Assembly: GCA_038087875.1 (NCBI GenBank)
Contig: CM075984.1
Location: 25,916,001 to 25,980,000, forward strand
From: Malacoraja senta
Taxonomy: Eukaryota
Length of the DNA: 64,000 nt
Direction of reading: 5' to 3'
In this document: positions 13,091-26,650 of the stretch, one piece after another
Numbering within the stretch: position 1 is the first letter of the stretch
Layout: each line of letters begins with the position of its first letter
The notes under the pieces: model-generated
What the model was told of the DNA's origin: nothing
Databases searched by the model: none
What the model saw: the letters and a program-made list of their open reading frames with translations, nothing else
Translations under genes and position numbers: made by a program

Positions 13091-13394
13091 TGTATGAATC
13101 ACTGGTTGGGACATAAGCAGAGTATCAAGTCCAACTGTGGATACCACACTTTGGGAAAGATGTCAAGACAAACATAAGTGGATGATGTATACATATAGCA
13201 TTATACCAGAAACCCGTTTTATGGAAATGTGTTTGCTGTGGAATGCCAATAAAAAAAGTATATTAAAAAAAGAAAGAATACAGTTAAGGACTAAGTGGAA
13301 TGATCTCAGGCATGGTGACTTCAAATGTACAGAAATAAAGAGACTGCTAATGTTCTTCTTCCAGCAAAGGTTATGAGAGGTTTCCTTAGATTTA

Positions 13395-13775
13395 ACATAG
13401 AAAATAGATGCAGGAGGAGGCCATTCGGCCATTCGAGCCAGCACCGCCATTCATTGTGATCATGGCTGATCGTCCCAAATCAATAACCCGTGCCTGCCTT
13501 CTCCCCATATCCCTTGATTCCACTTGCCCCTAGAGCTCTATCTAGCTCTCTCTTAAATTCATCCAGTGATTTGGCCTCCACTGCACTCTGTGGCAGGGAA
13601 TTCCACAAATTCACAACCCTCTGGGTGAAAAGTTTTTTTCTCACCTCAGTCCTGAATGGCCTCCCCTTTATTCTAACACTGTGTCCCCTGGTTCTGGACT
13701 CGTCCAACATTGGGAACATTTTTCTTGTATCTAGCTTGTCCAGTCCTTTTATAATTGTATATGTCTATAAGATCC
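13395..13775 (-). mobile_element. Young CR1 LINE 3' end
   Basis: ORF 13480-13719 (FPMLDESRTRGHSVRIKG...WNSLP...GYGEKAGTGY) plus the conserved tail. Confidence 0.9.
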
Positions 13776-14139
13776 TAATTAGGTCCAGAACCTAATTAAA
13801 ATGATTGTCAAAAGAACTGAGGTGATTTAAGTGTTTTTTTTCACACTGTGCGTTGTGGTCTGCAACGTGCTAACTGATGATTGATAGGGCAGCTTTAGGC
13901 ACAGTAGTGTCATGCAAATTGACCGACTGGAGGCAAGTAGTTTAGACCATTGACCCAGAAGCACGAGTGTCGATCGGCCATTGTAGCCGGCAAAACTAAA
14001 CGCGTGTATTTAAAATGGAACTTAATAAAAGAGCTCATGTTGGTAATGTTAATTATGAAGCTACAAGGTAAGAACCAGCTGGTTCAACAGTGTCCTTTTG
14101 GGAAGAACATTATGGTCCTTAGCTGGGCTGGCTGGACTG

Positions 14140-16490
14140 ATTGCTTGTGATATATGAATAACATGGAAGGAAATATTGGTGGGCTGATTTGTAAGTTTGC
14201 AAATGATGCAAGAATTGGAAGAATTGTGAATAGTGTGGAAGGTTGTCAAAGGATGCAGCAAGATATAGATCAGTTGGACGTATGGGTGGGGAAATGACTG
14301 ATGGAGTTTAATCTGGGCAGGTGTGAGATGTTGCACTTTGGCAGGTCAAATGTGAATGGAGAGAACACAGTTATTTGAAAGACCCGAGGGAGTATTGATA
14401 TGCAGAGGGATCGGAGTGCAAATCCATAGCAAGTCCTTAAAAGTGGCAACACAAGTAGATGGGTGGTGAGGAAGACATGTGGCTTGCTTGCCTCCTCGTT
14501 GAGTATAAAAGTTGGGAAGTCATTGGAGCTATGAAACTTTGGTCAGGCCACATTTGGAGTATTGTGTTAAGGTCTGGTTGCTACATTACAGGATATTGCC
14601 TGGAATGGAGGGGCCTGGCTTTGGAGAGGTTGCAGAAGAGGTTCACCGGGATACTGCCTGGTTGGAGAGGTTGGGTAAACTCGGATTGTTTTCTCTGGAG
14701 TGTCCAGGGTTGAGGGCCGAACTGATACAGTGTATAACAATATGAGAGGCATAGAAAGGGTTGATAGACAGTTTTGATCCCAGGCTGGATATGACAAAAA
14801 TGAGAGGGCATAAATTGAGGGCGAGAGGGGGAAAATTTAAAGGAGATTAACAAGGCAATTGATGCATTCAGAAAGTATTCAGACCCCTTCACTTTTTCCA
14901 CATTTTGTTGCAGCCTTATTCTAAAATGGATTACATTATTATTATTTTTTTTAATCATCTATCTACACACAATACCCCACAATAACTGAAATATCACATT
15001 TACATAAGTATTCAGACCCTTTACTCAGTACTTTGTTGAGGCACCTTTGGCAGCGATTACAGCCTCAAGTTTTCTTGGGTTTGACACTATAAGCTTGGCA
15101 CACCTGTATTTGGGTAATTTCTCCCATTCATCTCTGCAGATCCACAAGCTCTGTCAGGTTGGATGGGCAGCGTTGATTCACAGCTATTTTCAGGACCCTC
15201 CAGAGATATTCGATCGGGTTTAAGTCCGGGCTCTGGCTGGGCCACTCAAGGACATTCACAGACTTGTCACAAAGCCACTCTTGTGTTGTCTTGGCTGTGT
15301 GCTTAGGGCCGTTGTCCTGTTGGTAGGTGAACCTCCGCCCCAGTCTGAGGCCCAGAACACTCTGGAGCAGGCTTTCATCAAGAATCTCTCTTCAATCCTG
15401 ACTAGTCTCCCAGTTCCTGCCACTGAAAAATGATGCTGCCACCACCATGCTTCACCGTAGGTATGGTATTGGCCAGGTGATGAGCGGTGCCTGGTTTCCT
15501 CCAGACGTGACGCTTGCCATTCATGCCGAAGAGTTCAATCTTGGTTTCATCAGACGAGAGAATCTCCTTTAGGTGCCTTTTGGCAAACTCCAAGCGGGCT
15601 GTCATGTGCCTTTTACTGAGGAGTGGCTTCCGTCTGGCCATTCTACCATAAAGACCTGATTGGTGGAGTGCTGCAGATGTAGATGTCCTTCTGGAAGGTT
15701 CTCCCATCTCCACAGAGGAACTCTGGAGCTCTGTCAGAGTGACCATCGGGTTCTTGGTCACCTCCCTGACCAAGGCCCTTCTCCCCCGATTGCTCAGTTT
15801 GGCCGGGCAGCCAACTCTATGAAGAGTCCTGGTGGTTCCGAAGTTCTTCCATTTAAGAATGACGGAGGCCACTGTGCTCTTTGGGACCTGCAATGCTTTA
15901 TACCCTTCGCCAGATCTGTGTCTCGACACAATCCTGTCTTGGAGGTCTACGGACAATTCCTTCTTCTTCATGGCTTGGTTTTTGCTCTGACATGCACTGT
16001 CAACTGTGGGACCTTATATAGACAGGTGTGTGCGTTTACAAATCATGTCCAATCAATTTAATTTACCACTGGTGGATTCCAATCAAGTTGTTGAAACATC
16101 TCAAGGATAATCAATGGAAACAGGATGAACCTAAGCTCAATTTTGAGCGTCATAGCAGAGGGTCTGAATACTTATGTAAATGTGATATTTCAGTTATTTC
16201 TTTTTAATTACTTTGCAAAAATTTCTAAACACCTGTTTTCGCTTCTTCATTCTGGGGCATTGTGCGTAGATTGAATCCATTTTAAAATAAGGCTGTAACA
16301 TAACAAAACGTGGAAAAAGCGAAGGGGTCTGAATACTTTCTGAATGCACTGTAGATGGACATGGGAACATGCAGGGAATGGAGGGGTGTAGACCACGTTC
16401 AAGCAGATGGGATTAGATTCAATTTGGTATCATAGGTCAGCACAGACACGATGGGCCAAATGGCCTGTTCCTACGCTCTACTGCTTTACT
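14140..16490 (+). mobile_element. Old CR1 RT/3' fragment interrupted by a Tc1 element
   Basis: Degenerate KFANDA, LVRPHLEYCV and LERLQKRFT motifs at 14140-14860. The 3' UTR resumes at 16352. Confidence 0.75.
14863..16351 (-). mobile_element. Near full-length Tc1/mariner transposon (IR/DR type), defective transposase
   Basis: ORF 15402-15971 has a paired-like HTH, ARRKPLL, SDETKIELFG and TVKHGGGSI, then frameshifts and deletions. TIRs TGCATTCAGAAAGTATTCAGACCCC at both ends, right end CACTG|TA, inner direct repeats near 15001 and 16160. Confidence 0.95.
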
Positions 16491-17579
16491 GTTCTCAACT
16501 AACCTATTAATATGGTTTCATGTATACCTCTCAACTGCATCATAAGTATGGATTTTGTGGCAAAGTTCACATCCTGTGAATTAATAAACAAAAAGATCAA
16601 TAGGCACTTTTAAAATTAATCTTGAAGAGGAGGGATATAGGGAATGGGCCTCCCGTGCCGTACACCCACGGTCAGATGGGCTTACAGTCCTCTGGCTGGG
16701 AGATGGTGTGGCACTATAAGAGTCATTGTAGACGTATTATCCATAGCTGTAAACATTTGTGAACTTGCTGAATTCTATCACTGATTTGCTATGTATTTGT
16801 ACAGTAGAGAGAGATGACCCTTCCCATCCGACCTGTGCAAGCTCTTTGCTGCTCATCTCTCTGCTTGTTTGTGCCTGATAGCCTTGCAAATATCTCCTCC
16901 TATGTGTACGCAGTCAACTGCAAAAATGGATATGGGTTGATGAGAATTGTGTGTCTGTGTTGTATGTTTGGAATTTCAAAAAGCATTTGATAAGTTTCCT
17001 TACAGAAATGTATTTGAAAAATAGGGGATGATAGCCTGTATATAATTGTCTAAGGGATCAGAGGATCAGAAATGTGGTACAAATGTTGTCCGTGTAGAGG
17101 ATGTGGCGTGGGTTCGCCCAGCATTATTATTCTTGCAATAAAGAAGACAGAATTTTTGTTTATTGATTTACAGAACAAGATTGTCACTGGCAATGTCAGT
17201 ATTACCATTTATTGGGTACATAGAGTACAATTTAATTGTTTGTGTTTGACACAGAACTTGTCGATAGTAAATAGTGTGTTTGATGGTAGGTGCATTCAAG
17301 GAGATGGGGACCTAATCCATGGACATCCCATTTAGTGCAGGTGTGACGGGAGGAATTTGGGGGCAACAGTACGGAGAGGTGGGGCAATCCAAATTGTCCC
17401 ATTCTGGGGGAGGGGTGGAGAATGTAAGAACAGAGGGACCTGGAGTGTGTGGCTAAGAAGACTTTGAAGAAGGCAGGGCAAGTTGACAAGGTTGTTAAGA
17501 TAATGATTGGAATATTTTTCTGTATAAATAGGGGCAGTGAATACAGAAACAAGGAAGTCAGATCAAAGCCTTCCATTGT

Positions 17580-17875
17580 TTCATAAGTTCATGTCACAGG
17601 AGCAGAATTGGGTCTTTCGGCCCATCGGGTTTACTCTGTCATTCAATCAAGGCTGATCTATTTTTCTCTCTCAACCTCATTCTCCTGCCTTCTCCCCGTA
17701 ACCCTTGACACCCTTACTAATCAAGAATCTGTCAATCTCCGGCTTAAAAATACCTAATGACGTCCGCTGCCGCTGTCTGTGGCAATGAATTTCACAGGTT
17801 CACCACCCTCTGATTAAATAAATTCCTCCTCATCTCCTTTCTAAAGGTACATCCTTTCATTCTGAGACTGTGCCT
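17580..17875 (-). mobile_element. CR1 LINE 3' end
   Basis: Reverse complement of the CR1 tail and FFxQRVVNL region. Confidence 0.8.
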
Positions 17876-18710
17876 GATCTGATATAGAGTTACATGTCCA
17901 TTTCTGGAGAGCACAAATGTACTAGTTAGGAGCGGGGGGTTGCTGGAAACCATTAAACATGACCGTGGCTGGCTTCAATCCTGCTTCATCACCCTGTGGG
18001 AACCTTCCCCCTTCATCGCAAATCTGCCTACCTCTGCCTTAACACATCCAGTCTTCTTCCATCATGCTTTAAGGAAGAGAGTGTAAAAAACTTGCAGAAA
18101 CCAGGTGCGGCAGATGCTGATTTATGGTTAAAAAAATGACCCAAAGTGCTGGAGTAACTTAGCGGGTCAGGCAACATCACTGTAGAACATGGATATGCGA
18201 CGTTTCGGGTCGGCCACTTCTTAAGACTGATAGTGTGGGCAGGGGAGAGGGGGAAGACAGGTGGAAGAAAAGGCTTGCAACCTTCTGTCTTAAATAAATG
18301 GCATTTTAATTCAAAACAGTGTCTACGAGTTCTCGGTTCTCCCGCGAGGAAACATACTCTTCGTATTCACCCTGTCAAGACCACTTGAAATTTCAGTCCC
18401 CCTCGCTCCTCTACACTCCAGAGGATACACACTGAGCCTGCCTAACCTCTCCTCACAAGGGTCACAACCCCAAACGTCAATCATCCCTCAGCCTCCACAG
18501 AGGTTGCCTGACCCGCTGAGTTTCCCCAGCACTTTCTATTTTGTTCCATTCCACATATTAATCCAGTAAGTGAAAATTAAAAATTAAAAAAGATGCTGGA
18601 AATATGAAATAAAAAATAAGAAACTACTAGAAATGCTCAGTAGGTCAGTAAGCATTTGTGGAGGGAGATATAGTTCATTTATCAGGGTGAAGCGTCTGCA
18701 GCTAAACTAA

Positions 18711-19027
18711 AGGGCCTGTCCCATTTTGTGATTTTTTTTCGGCGACTGCCAGCGTCATTGATTGAAGCCGAAAGACCGTCAAGTTGTACGACAACCTACG
18801 ACAGCACCTGCGACTGGAGACGACAGGCAATGTCAGGCAATGCCAAGCCCTCTGTCGCTGCAAGGTTTTGAACATTTCAAAATCCAGCGGCGACAAGAAA
18901 AAAGTGACGACACTTGCGGAGACAGCTCACCACAACACAGGCGTCAGCCCGCGTCACGCCGCGACCATGAGGCCACTGCCTATTTTTCGGCTGTCGCCTA
19001 AAAAAGTCGGCAAGTGGGACAAGGGCT
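18711..19027. mobile_element. PIF/Harbinger-type MITE
   Basis: TIRs AGGGCCTGTCCCATTT / AAGTGGGACAAGGGCT. TAA TSD at 18708-18710 and 19028-19030. Confidence 0.8.
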
Positions 19028-21228
19028 TAAGACAAAGATAAAGGAAGTTAGTGCTAAATTGCAGTGAGGGTGGGTATGGGTGGTGCCAGGGTTATTGTGA
19101 ACCTCCACTGAACTATTTCATTATGTTAACGTGCATCCTTAAATCTGGAGACTAATGTACCCAGGGTGTGATCTGACCAATGCCCTGTGTAAATGAAACA
19201 CACATATGAAGAATGTCAATATTTTGATTAGAAGTTTGTCAGAATAATATCAGGGATTAAGTATTTCAGTTATGTCGAGAAATTAGGGAGTCCAGAATAA
19301 TGCCCCTTGAAGCGGATAAATTAGTAAGATGCGAAAACAATCATTAAAATGTGAGGCATGAGAGACTGCAGGAGCTGGAATCTGGAGCAATAATCAATCA
19401 GTGAATGAGTTGCGTAGCATCTGTGGAGGAAAAGGAATTGTCAACATTTCTGGACAAAACCCTACATCTGGACATTGCAGGTGGTGATGCAGGGTCTCGA
19501 CACAAAACGTCGACAATTCCTCCCCCACCAGAGATGTTGCCTGACCCACTGAGTTCCTCCAGAAGATTGTTGTTGCGTTGCATTTGATACAGCACATCAG
19601 GAGAGTGATTTCTTTGTTACTGTGGCAAGGGCAGAAGTTGTGACTTAAAGTAATGCCCATGGTAACCAGAGCAGAAATGAACAGAAATTTCTTCATGCAC
19701 ACAGGGATTGGTAAGATCTGGGACTCTACGTAGAAGGATGTTTAATCAAATTTCATGGGGCCTTTTAGTAGACAGTTGTTGATGTATTTGAGGATTGATT
19801 AGAAGGATTATGGAGGAAATTCTGGAGTGTGGATTTAATTGGATCAGTATTTGAAAGAACCAAGACACAGACAGCTGGTGAAAAGCCCTCAGTCTGTGCT
19901 GTAAGATTCTGTGAAAGTTCGACTGAATCAGCTTCCTGCACCCTTCCAGGAGCACATTCCAGATCAGGCTTCGTGTCTCATCAATTACCACTTATGGTAA
20001 CATTCCACATTCCAGGAAGTCTTTTGAGAAACTTTCGTCTAATCTCGTTCTCTGCTATTCGATCATTCCTGACTACAAAATTTCCATTTTTGTCCCTTAA
20101 TGGGAACTCGGTAAACAGTGTGCTTGCCAATGTGTGATGATCTCACTTTTGTTTGTCTTATTACAAATGGCTTAAATTGGCATGCCTGGCAGAACAGGTG
20201 GCAATGGGCCAGAGGGTACATCAGGAAGTAGTTCATTGATCCTCGCTTAATGTTAACACATGAAAATATGTAAACAAAGGAATAACTCTACAGGGATAGA
20301 ATTCAGAGACTTTTAAACAATCTGGGTTGGAACATCTTTTGAGTATTTTCAAGGATTAGAAGCAGGGTATGGGATCATTGGAGAGACATAAAAGTGATAC
20401 AAAAATGTGAGTTTTTGTGGGATTGAACTGGCTGATGATGTTTACGGGAGAAAAGAGAGGGATCATCTGACAAGATTTATAAAATTAATCAATGGGGTGG
20501 TAGGTTGCTCACGGAGATGATTACATATTACTCTCGGCAGGAAGAAACTATTTTTCTCATTTGCTAGCTTTGGCAACATTTATCATATTTTCCACACTCC
20601 TCTGTACTTCCCACAAATCCTGCACATTTTCTCTCTCCAATATTTTCAATTCTGTATTTAACGTGTTTCATCGCTCTTTCAGGTGGTGTGTCCCTTGGGC
20701 TCTGTTGCCCTCCGAGTCTCCATTCAAGTTGATCCTTCCATTTGAGCCACTCTTCAGGTACCCTGCTTGGAACCTTTCTCTCGTTCCAGTTGTTTACGCT
20801 CCTCAATGGATTCCAGTGCCCCCTCTGATGCCGTGCCCAAACATCTAAGTTTAAACGGCATTTACAACAGGTATTTGGATGGGAAGGAATAGAGGGATAT
20901 GGGACTGGTGTAGGAAACTGGTGCACATTGGCATCGCAGTTGGCATGGACAAAGTCTTCTATGCTGTATAACTGTATAACTCTGGGTAAAATCCAAATTT
21001 GCTGATGATACAAAGCTGTGTGACTGTGAATTATAAAAGGATGCATAAAGTCTAAGAAATAGAGAAGGTTAGGTGAATGAGTTAGGAGATGGCGGATGGA
21101 ATATACTGTAGAAACATGTTTGGCCATTCACCCTTGTAGAATAAAATAATTTGTTTTAGTTTAAAAGTAGAGATTGTACATGTATCATTGAAAATTTACA
21201 TGGAGATAGAGCAAATCATTTAGAAAAT

Positions 21229-21936
21229 CAGGGGCGGAAATCCCGAGGGGGACAGGGGGGGCACGTACCCCCCTGTTTTGAGAGGTGGGGGACGATTCCC
21301 CCCCCCATTTTATGTAATCCGGATTTTAAAACTCGGTGAAAAAAAAAGCTGTTAAAAATCTCCGCTTTCCGCGAGACAGTGGGGGTGGGGCTGATGATCG
21401 AGGGCGCCGATTGGACGAGAGAGACGTCGGTCAGCAGGCAGTGGAGGGTGTGGGGGACCATGATGATTCAGCGCGGTGATTGGAGGAGGGAGGTGTCGGT
21501 CAGAGGCAGAAGTAGGGGGGTGGGACTGAAGATAGAGCGCGGTGATTGGAGGAGGGAGACGTCCTGGCGGAGCAAAGATCAGAGCGGAGCTTGAATCGGC
21601 TCGTTCGCGGGGCCGGCCCGGCGCAGCTTAAAATCGGCCGCGGGGTCTTCCACCGCCCCGTGGTCAAATTGCTGCGTCGATGCGATCGAGGCTCCCGATG
21701 TTGAAGCCCCCGCCGGGCGATGAAAGGCCCCGCGAACGGGTTGATTGAAGCCCCTCGATTCGGGGCAGATGAAGCTGCTGTTGCTGGAGTTTGGAGTCGG
21801 TTACCAACCAGGTCACTTACCGATGTTACCGTCCACAGGGCCCACGGCCGAAACCTTGTGTGTGTGCGCATGCGCGCGCGCGGGCCGCCAAGAAACTGTC
21901 CCCCCCCCCATGTTTTAACAGCGATTTCCGTGCCTG
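21229..21936. mobile_element. hAT-type non-autonomous DNA transposon (copy 1)
   Basis: TIRs CAGGGGCGGAAATC / GATTTCCGTGCCTG. 8-bp TSD TAGAAAAT / TAGAAATT. Homologous to 50200-50924. Confidence 0.88.
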
Positions 21937-22066
21937 TAGAAATTAAATGGTATTTTGGCCACAGTCACAGAGAGATTTGAGTGCAAGTGTGGTGCCATAT
22001 TGTTCCTACAATACAGATGCTGGTGAGATCACATCTGGAATATTATGTACTTATCTGGTCTTCCAA

Positions 22067-23460
22067 TAGGCCTTGGGCCGAGCAACGAAAATGTGTCTAG
22101 AATTTAACTTTTGTGACCCATGTCTGGTATTTACTTGAAATTTGGCACAGATTTAGATAAAATATAATTGAGAAGGAATTCATAACTTGTCAGTGCAAAA
22201 GTTGCACACTAATTAATTAAGCTAATTAGAAAATTAGATCGAGAAAGTTAGCGCCATCTAGTGCTCAATGCTCATATTACTCTATGGGGAACCTAATTCC
22301 GTGTTGCAGTCTATTTAAACCATATATTATTATACCATATATATGTATATATATGATGTGAATATGACTGGAGTTATATATAATTATATTATATAAAAAT
22401 AATATAATGAATATAATTGTGAGTGTGTATGTTGAGTGAGACTGCCGCAGAGGTCCCGGGTTTCACCGGCTCCTGAACGCGCCTAATTAATGGGTGAGGG
22501 CAGATCCTGTGCGTTCTCCCGTTTGCTGAACCCCACTGACTGCCAGTGTGCAGAGTGGGGGTTACGGCCTTAGTGGGACTGGGGCAGTGCCAGGCTGGGG
22601 GAAGGCTAAGGCATCTTCTACTGAGAGGAAAATGCCTAACCCTAAACCTAACTCGCCCCCCCCTTCCAGAGCTGCCCACGGCTGGAGCTTGAGCCGCTTT
22701 GGGACCGGCTGCGGGCTCTGTACGTGTGGCCGCTCAGCGCGTCCACCTCAGCCAGCATGCCCTTCTGATCATCAGCAGCAGCCCACCCGACGCCACGATT
22801 ACACCGAATGTCAACATGGTGGGGAGCAGCACTGCCCTGCACACCGCCCGGGCGCCTTCAGTACCCCCATAGCGCCGGCTCCATCAGTCCGCCCCCCTCG
22901 CAACACTCACCGGCCGACAGCCCAACCGACCCCTCGCAGCACCCACCGGCCGACAGCCCAATCGACCCCTCGCAGCACCCACCGGCCGGCCGACAGCCCG
23001 ACCGACTGACTGACCCTAACCCTAATCACAACCCTATCTCTACATTTTTATTTATCATTTTTATTTAACAGTTCACATCATAACTTTACAAAGATAATCA
23101 GTTGTAAAACAAAATTATCAGCAAGGTTAACATTACCTTTATTCCTTTGAAACCTTGCTATTGTTGTGATGTTATTAGGAGGCAGCCATGATCCCATGTG
23201 CTCGCAGCCTAACAAGCATGAAACAAAGCGCGTGATTAGTCAATTGGCGTCTGACTCAATGTCAAATGTGCTTTGATTGGACAATTACTACTCGGAAAAT
23301 TTGAGGTTTTTCTCATATTTAAAAAATATATGCAGGTTTTGTTCTTGACGAGTTTCAGGTATGATTTCTATAATATTTTTACACAATATGTTATAAATAC
23401 AGGTAGATACGTGATTTGGGTCACGAAATGAAATGGAAAAGCACCTCGGCCCACGGTCTA
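22067..23460. mobile_element. Non-autonomous TIR DNA transposon with TAG...CTA ends and 3-bp TSD (Academ-like, tentative)
   Basis: TIRs TAGGCCTTGGGCCGAG / CTCGGCCCACGGTCTA plus a subterminal imperfect IR. CAA duplicated at 22064-22066 and 23461-23463. The host CR1 reads through when the element is removed. Confidence 0.7.
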
Positions 23461-23929
23461 CAACCGAAGGAAGGATATATACTTGCTGTGTAGGGAGTAC
23501 TGCAAAACTTTACCAGGTTAATGCTGGGGCAAGGGGGTTGTCTGATAAGGAGAGTTGAAGCTGGGTATTACATTTGATTTGAAGAAGTAGAAGTGAACTT
23601 GTTATAAAGGGTATTACAGGACTTTTCCCTGGTTGGGGTACCTGGAAAATAAGCAGTCAACAATTCAAGTAAGCCTTCACCTAGAAGGATGAATCTTTAG
23701 AATTCTCTACCCAAGGATGTTGTGGAGCCCCAGTGGCTGGTTGTAGATATGAGCAAATCAGGGGATGGATGGTGTGGTGCTGAGATAAATGATCAGCCAT
23801 GGTCTTACTGACCGTGGAGCAAGAACAAGGAGGGAATAGCCAATGTTCAACCCACAGGATGTGTTTGTGAGGCACAAATTGTGGGTATTTCTGACCGAGA
23901 AAATCTTGTTTTTCTCTGTGAAATTTCAG

Positions 23930-24470
23930 CAGATAGAATCATAGTCATAGAGTTATAGAGTCTTACTATGTGGAAACAGGCCCTTCGGCCCAACTTGCCC
24001 ACGCTGGCCAACAAGTTCCATCTACACTAGTCCCACCTACCTGCATTTGGCCCATATCACTCTAAACCTGTCCTATCCATGTATCTGTCTAAATGTTTCT
24101 TAAACGTTGCGATAACTCCTGCCTTAACTACCTCCTCTGGCTGCTCATTCCATATACCCGCCACCTCTATGTGAAAAAGTTGCCCATCAGATTCTTATTA
24201 AATCTTTTAAGGCATAGGTTTAAGGTGAGGGATGAAACATTTAATAGGGACTTGAGGGTTAACTTTATCACACAGAGGATAGTGGGTAAATGGAAGGTGC
24301 TGCCAGGGGAAGTAGTTGAGGGGGGGGGGGGGGTATAATAAAAGTCATTTGGGCAGGTACATGGGCAGGAGAGGTTTAGAGGGATATGGGCAAATGGGAC
24401 TAGTTTAGATGCGCATTCTGGTCGGCATGGACGAGTTGGGCCTGCTCTAATGACCCTATGATTCTCTATG
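23930..24470. mobile_element. Two CR1 3' ends joined head-to-head
   Basis: Minus-strand tail at 23930-24205 fused to a plus-strand tail at 24205-24470. Confidence 0.7.
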
Positions 24471-25559
24471 ACTTGCAGTGTGTGTTTACTGGGTTTAAAA
24501 GCTGGAATTTCTGACTCGGAGCCTGTAGTTTTGAGTGCCATTTTTGGCAAAACCATTCTCATTTTGTCTGTTGTCCTTTGACCCACTTAACATGAAAGAA
24601 AGAAGGAATGGAATTGTGAGGTCTTGGTGTGGTTTCCTCGAATCATTCATCACATAGTTGCTCTCCAGTGACTTCTAACTTGTTTGCAAATACAGATAGA
24701 TTGCTCTTTGATTGTTTAGATTCCAGCCTGTATGTTGTGGTAAACAAAAGAGAGATTGTCTCTTAAAATTACTTGAGATTTATTTGTGGTTTAGGATGTG
24801 CATGTTCTTGGATTCCAGCTCTAGGGGCCTGCGAGAGGAATGAAAGTTCTCTCTGCCATTGGCCCGAGTGTATTGGAGCTGCCCAGGTCTGGGCTCCCCT
24901 CACCGCGGATCCTGATAGGGAAAGTGGCAGAAACGAGTGTGCTTCGTGCTGTGTTGTGCAGTGCCACTGCCCTGTGCTAGTTGTTTATGACGTGAGCTTG
25001 AGAGGGAGTGTTAGGAATGCTGGAGCTCAGAACATGGAGAAGTATTTCCTGTTTATTACGTTCACCTTTGGCTTCTGATTGTGTCGGGAGGTTGGCTGAA
25101 ATCAACAATGCCAGCTGTCATCATGCCCTCCACGTTCCTCTTTCTGTGCTCCTGTGGGTGGCATGAGATGTCCCGACTGCTCCAGCACTGCCAGCCCCAC
25201 AGGAAATGCTGGAAAGTCACAGATTCTGCAGAGGAAATTGTTGACAGTTTAGCGGAAACTCACACATTATCTGCCCCTTCTAAGAACTGGCTGAGGGAAC
25301 CATAGAGAAATAGATTATGTACTAGACACACTGCTCTGCTCTTTGAGATTCAGAATGATAACAAAACGGGAGAAGGCCATTCAGCCCGTCAATCCTTTGA
25401 TGACAATGAATGTTCTTCCTCCCTCCTTTGCTCTCTTCCCTCATCTTGGGTCTATATATTTATAACATTCCCATTTGAAAGTTCACATTGACTCTTCTTT
25501 CACTGCCTTTCCAGTTCACACCCTTTCTTCTTTGTGTCTAAAGAGTTATAAAATTATTT

Positions 25560-26650
25560 AGCAGATACAGCCCCTTCGACACCAACTCATCCATGCTGAC
25601 CAGGATGACCCACCTGCCTGCATTTGGCTCATATCCCTCTGCACCTTTCCTCTCCATATACTTGTCCAAATGTCTTTTAAATATTGTAATTATACCTGGC
25701 TTGACAACTTCCTTTGTTCCTCCACCCTTTGTGTGAAATGGTTGCCCACAGGCCCGCTTTAAAACTTTGTCCTCTCAAGTTAAATCCGAAATGCACGCAG
25801 TACTCCAAATGTGGTCTCACCACGACTTGTACAATGTAACATGACGTCCCAACTCCGATACTCAATGTGTAGGTAGGAACTGCAGATGCTGGTTTAAATC
25901 GAAGATAGACACAAAATGCTGGAGTAACTCAGCGGGACAGGCAGCATCTCTACGCTCTGACTGATGAAAGCAAGAGTGCAAAATGCCTTCTTCACCCCTC
26001 TGTCCATCTGAACCGCCACTTTCAGGGAACCATGCACCTGCACTCCAAGATCCCTCTGTTCTGCAACTCTCTCCAGGGCTCTACCATTTACTGTGCTGGT
26101 TTAATTGACCAAAATGCAGCACCTTGCACTTGTCCGAGTTAAAGTCCACTTCTCCAGTTCATACAGTTCCTGTTATAATGTTAGATAAACTTCTTCATTG
26201 CCCACTACATCAATGATTTTGGAATTATCTGCCAACTTAATCATCTTATTAACAATATTGTCTAAATCGCGAATATAGATGACAAACAACAGTGGACCCA
26301 GCACCAATCCCTGCGGCATATCACTGGTCTTCGATCTGAATAACAACCCTCTGCTACTACCGTGTGATGCTTGAATCCACTGAACTAATTTTGGATCCAG
26401 TTGGCTAGCTCACTCACTTTTCAGACTAGCCTACCAGTATAGATCTTGTCAAAGGCCTTGTAAAGTCCATAGAGACAACACCTACTGCCCTGCCCTCATC
26501 CATCCTCTTGGTCACCTCTTCAAAAACCTCTATCAATTGTGAGACCATGCTGACTATCCTTCATCGGACTTTCCCTTTCCAAATGCTGGTAGATCCTGTC
26601 CCTCAGAATCTTTTCCAGTAACTCTCCCACCACTAATGTCAGGCCCATTA
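25560..26650 (-). mobile_element. Old CR1 RT/3' fragment with pLTR insertion at about 25867-25952
   Basis: VVRPHLEYCV motif (ORF 25677-25865) and degenerate RT sequence upstream on the minus strand. Confidence 0.7.

Noticed and set aside
22630-23035. CCCTAA hexamers as an interstitial telomere
   Set aside because: Only two or three units, and they lie inside a DNA transposon.
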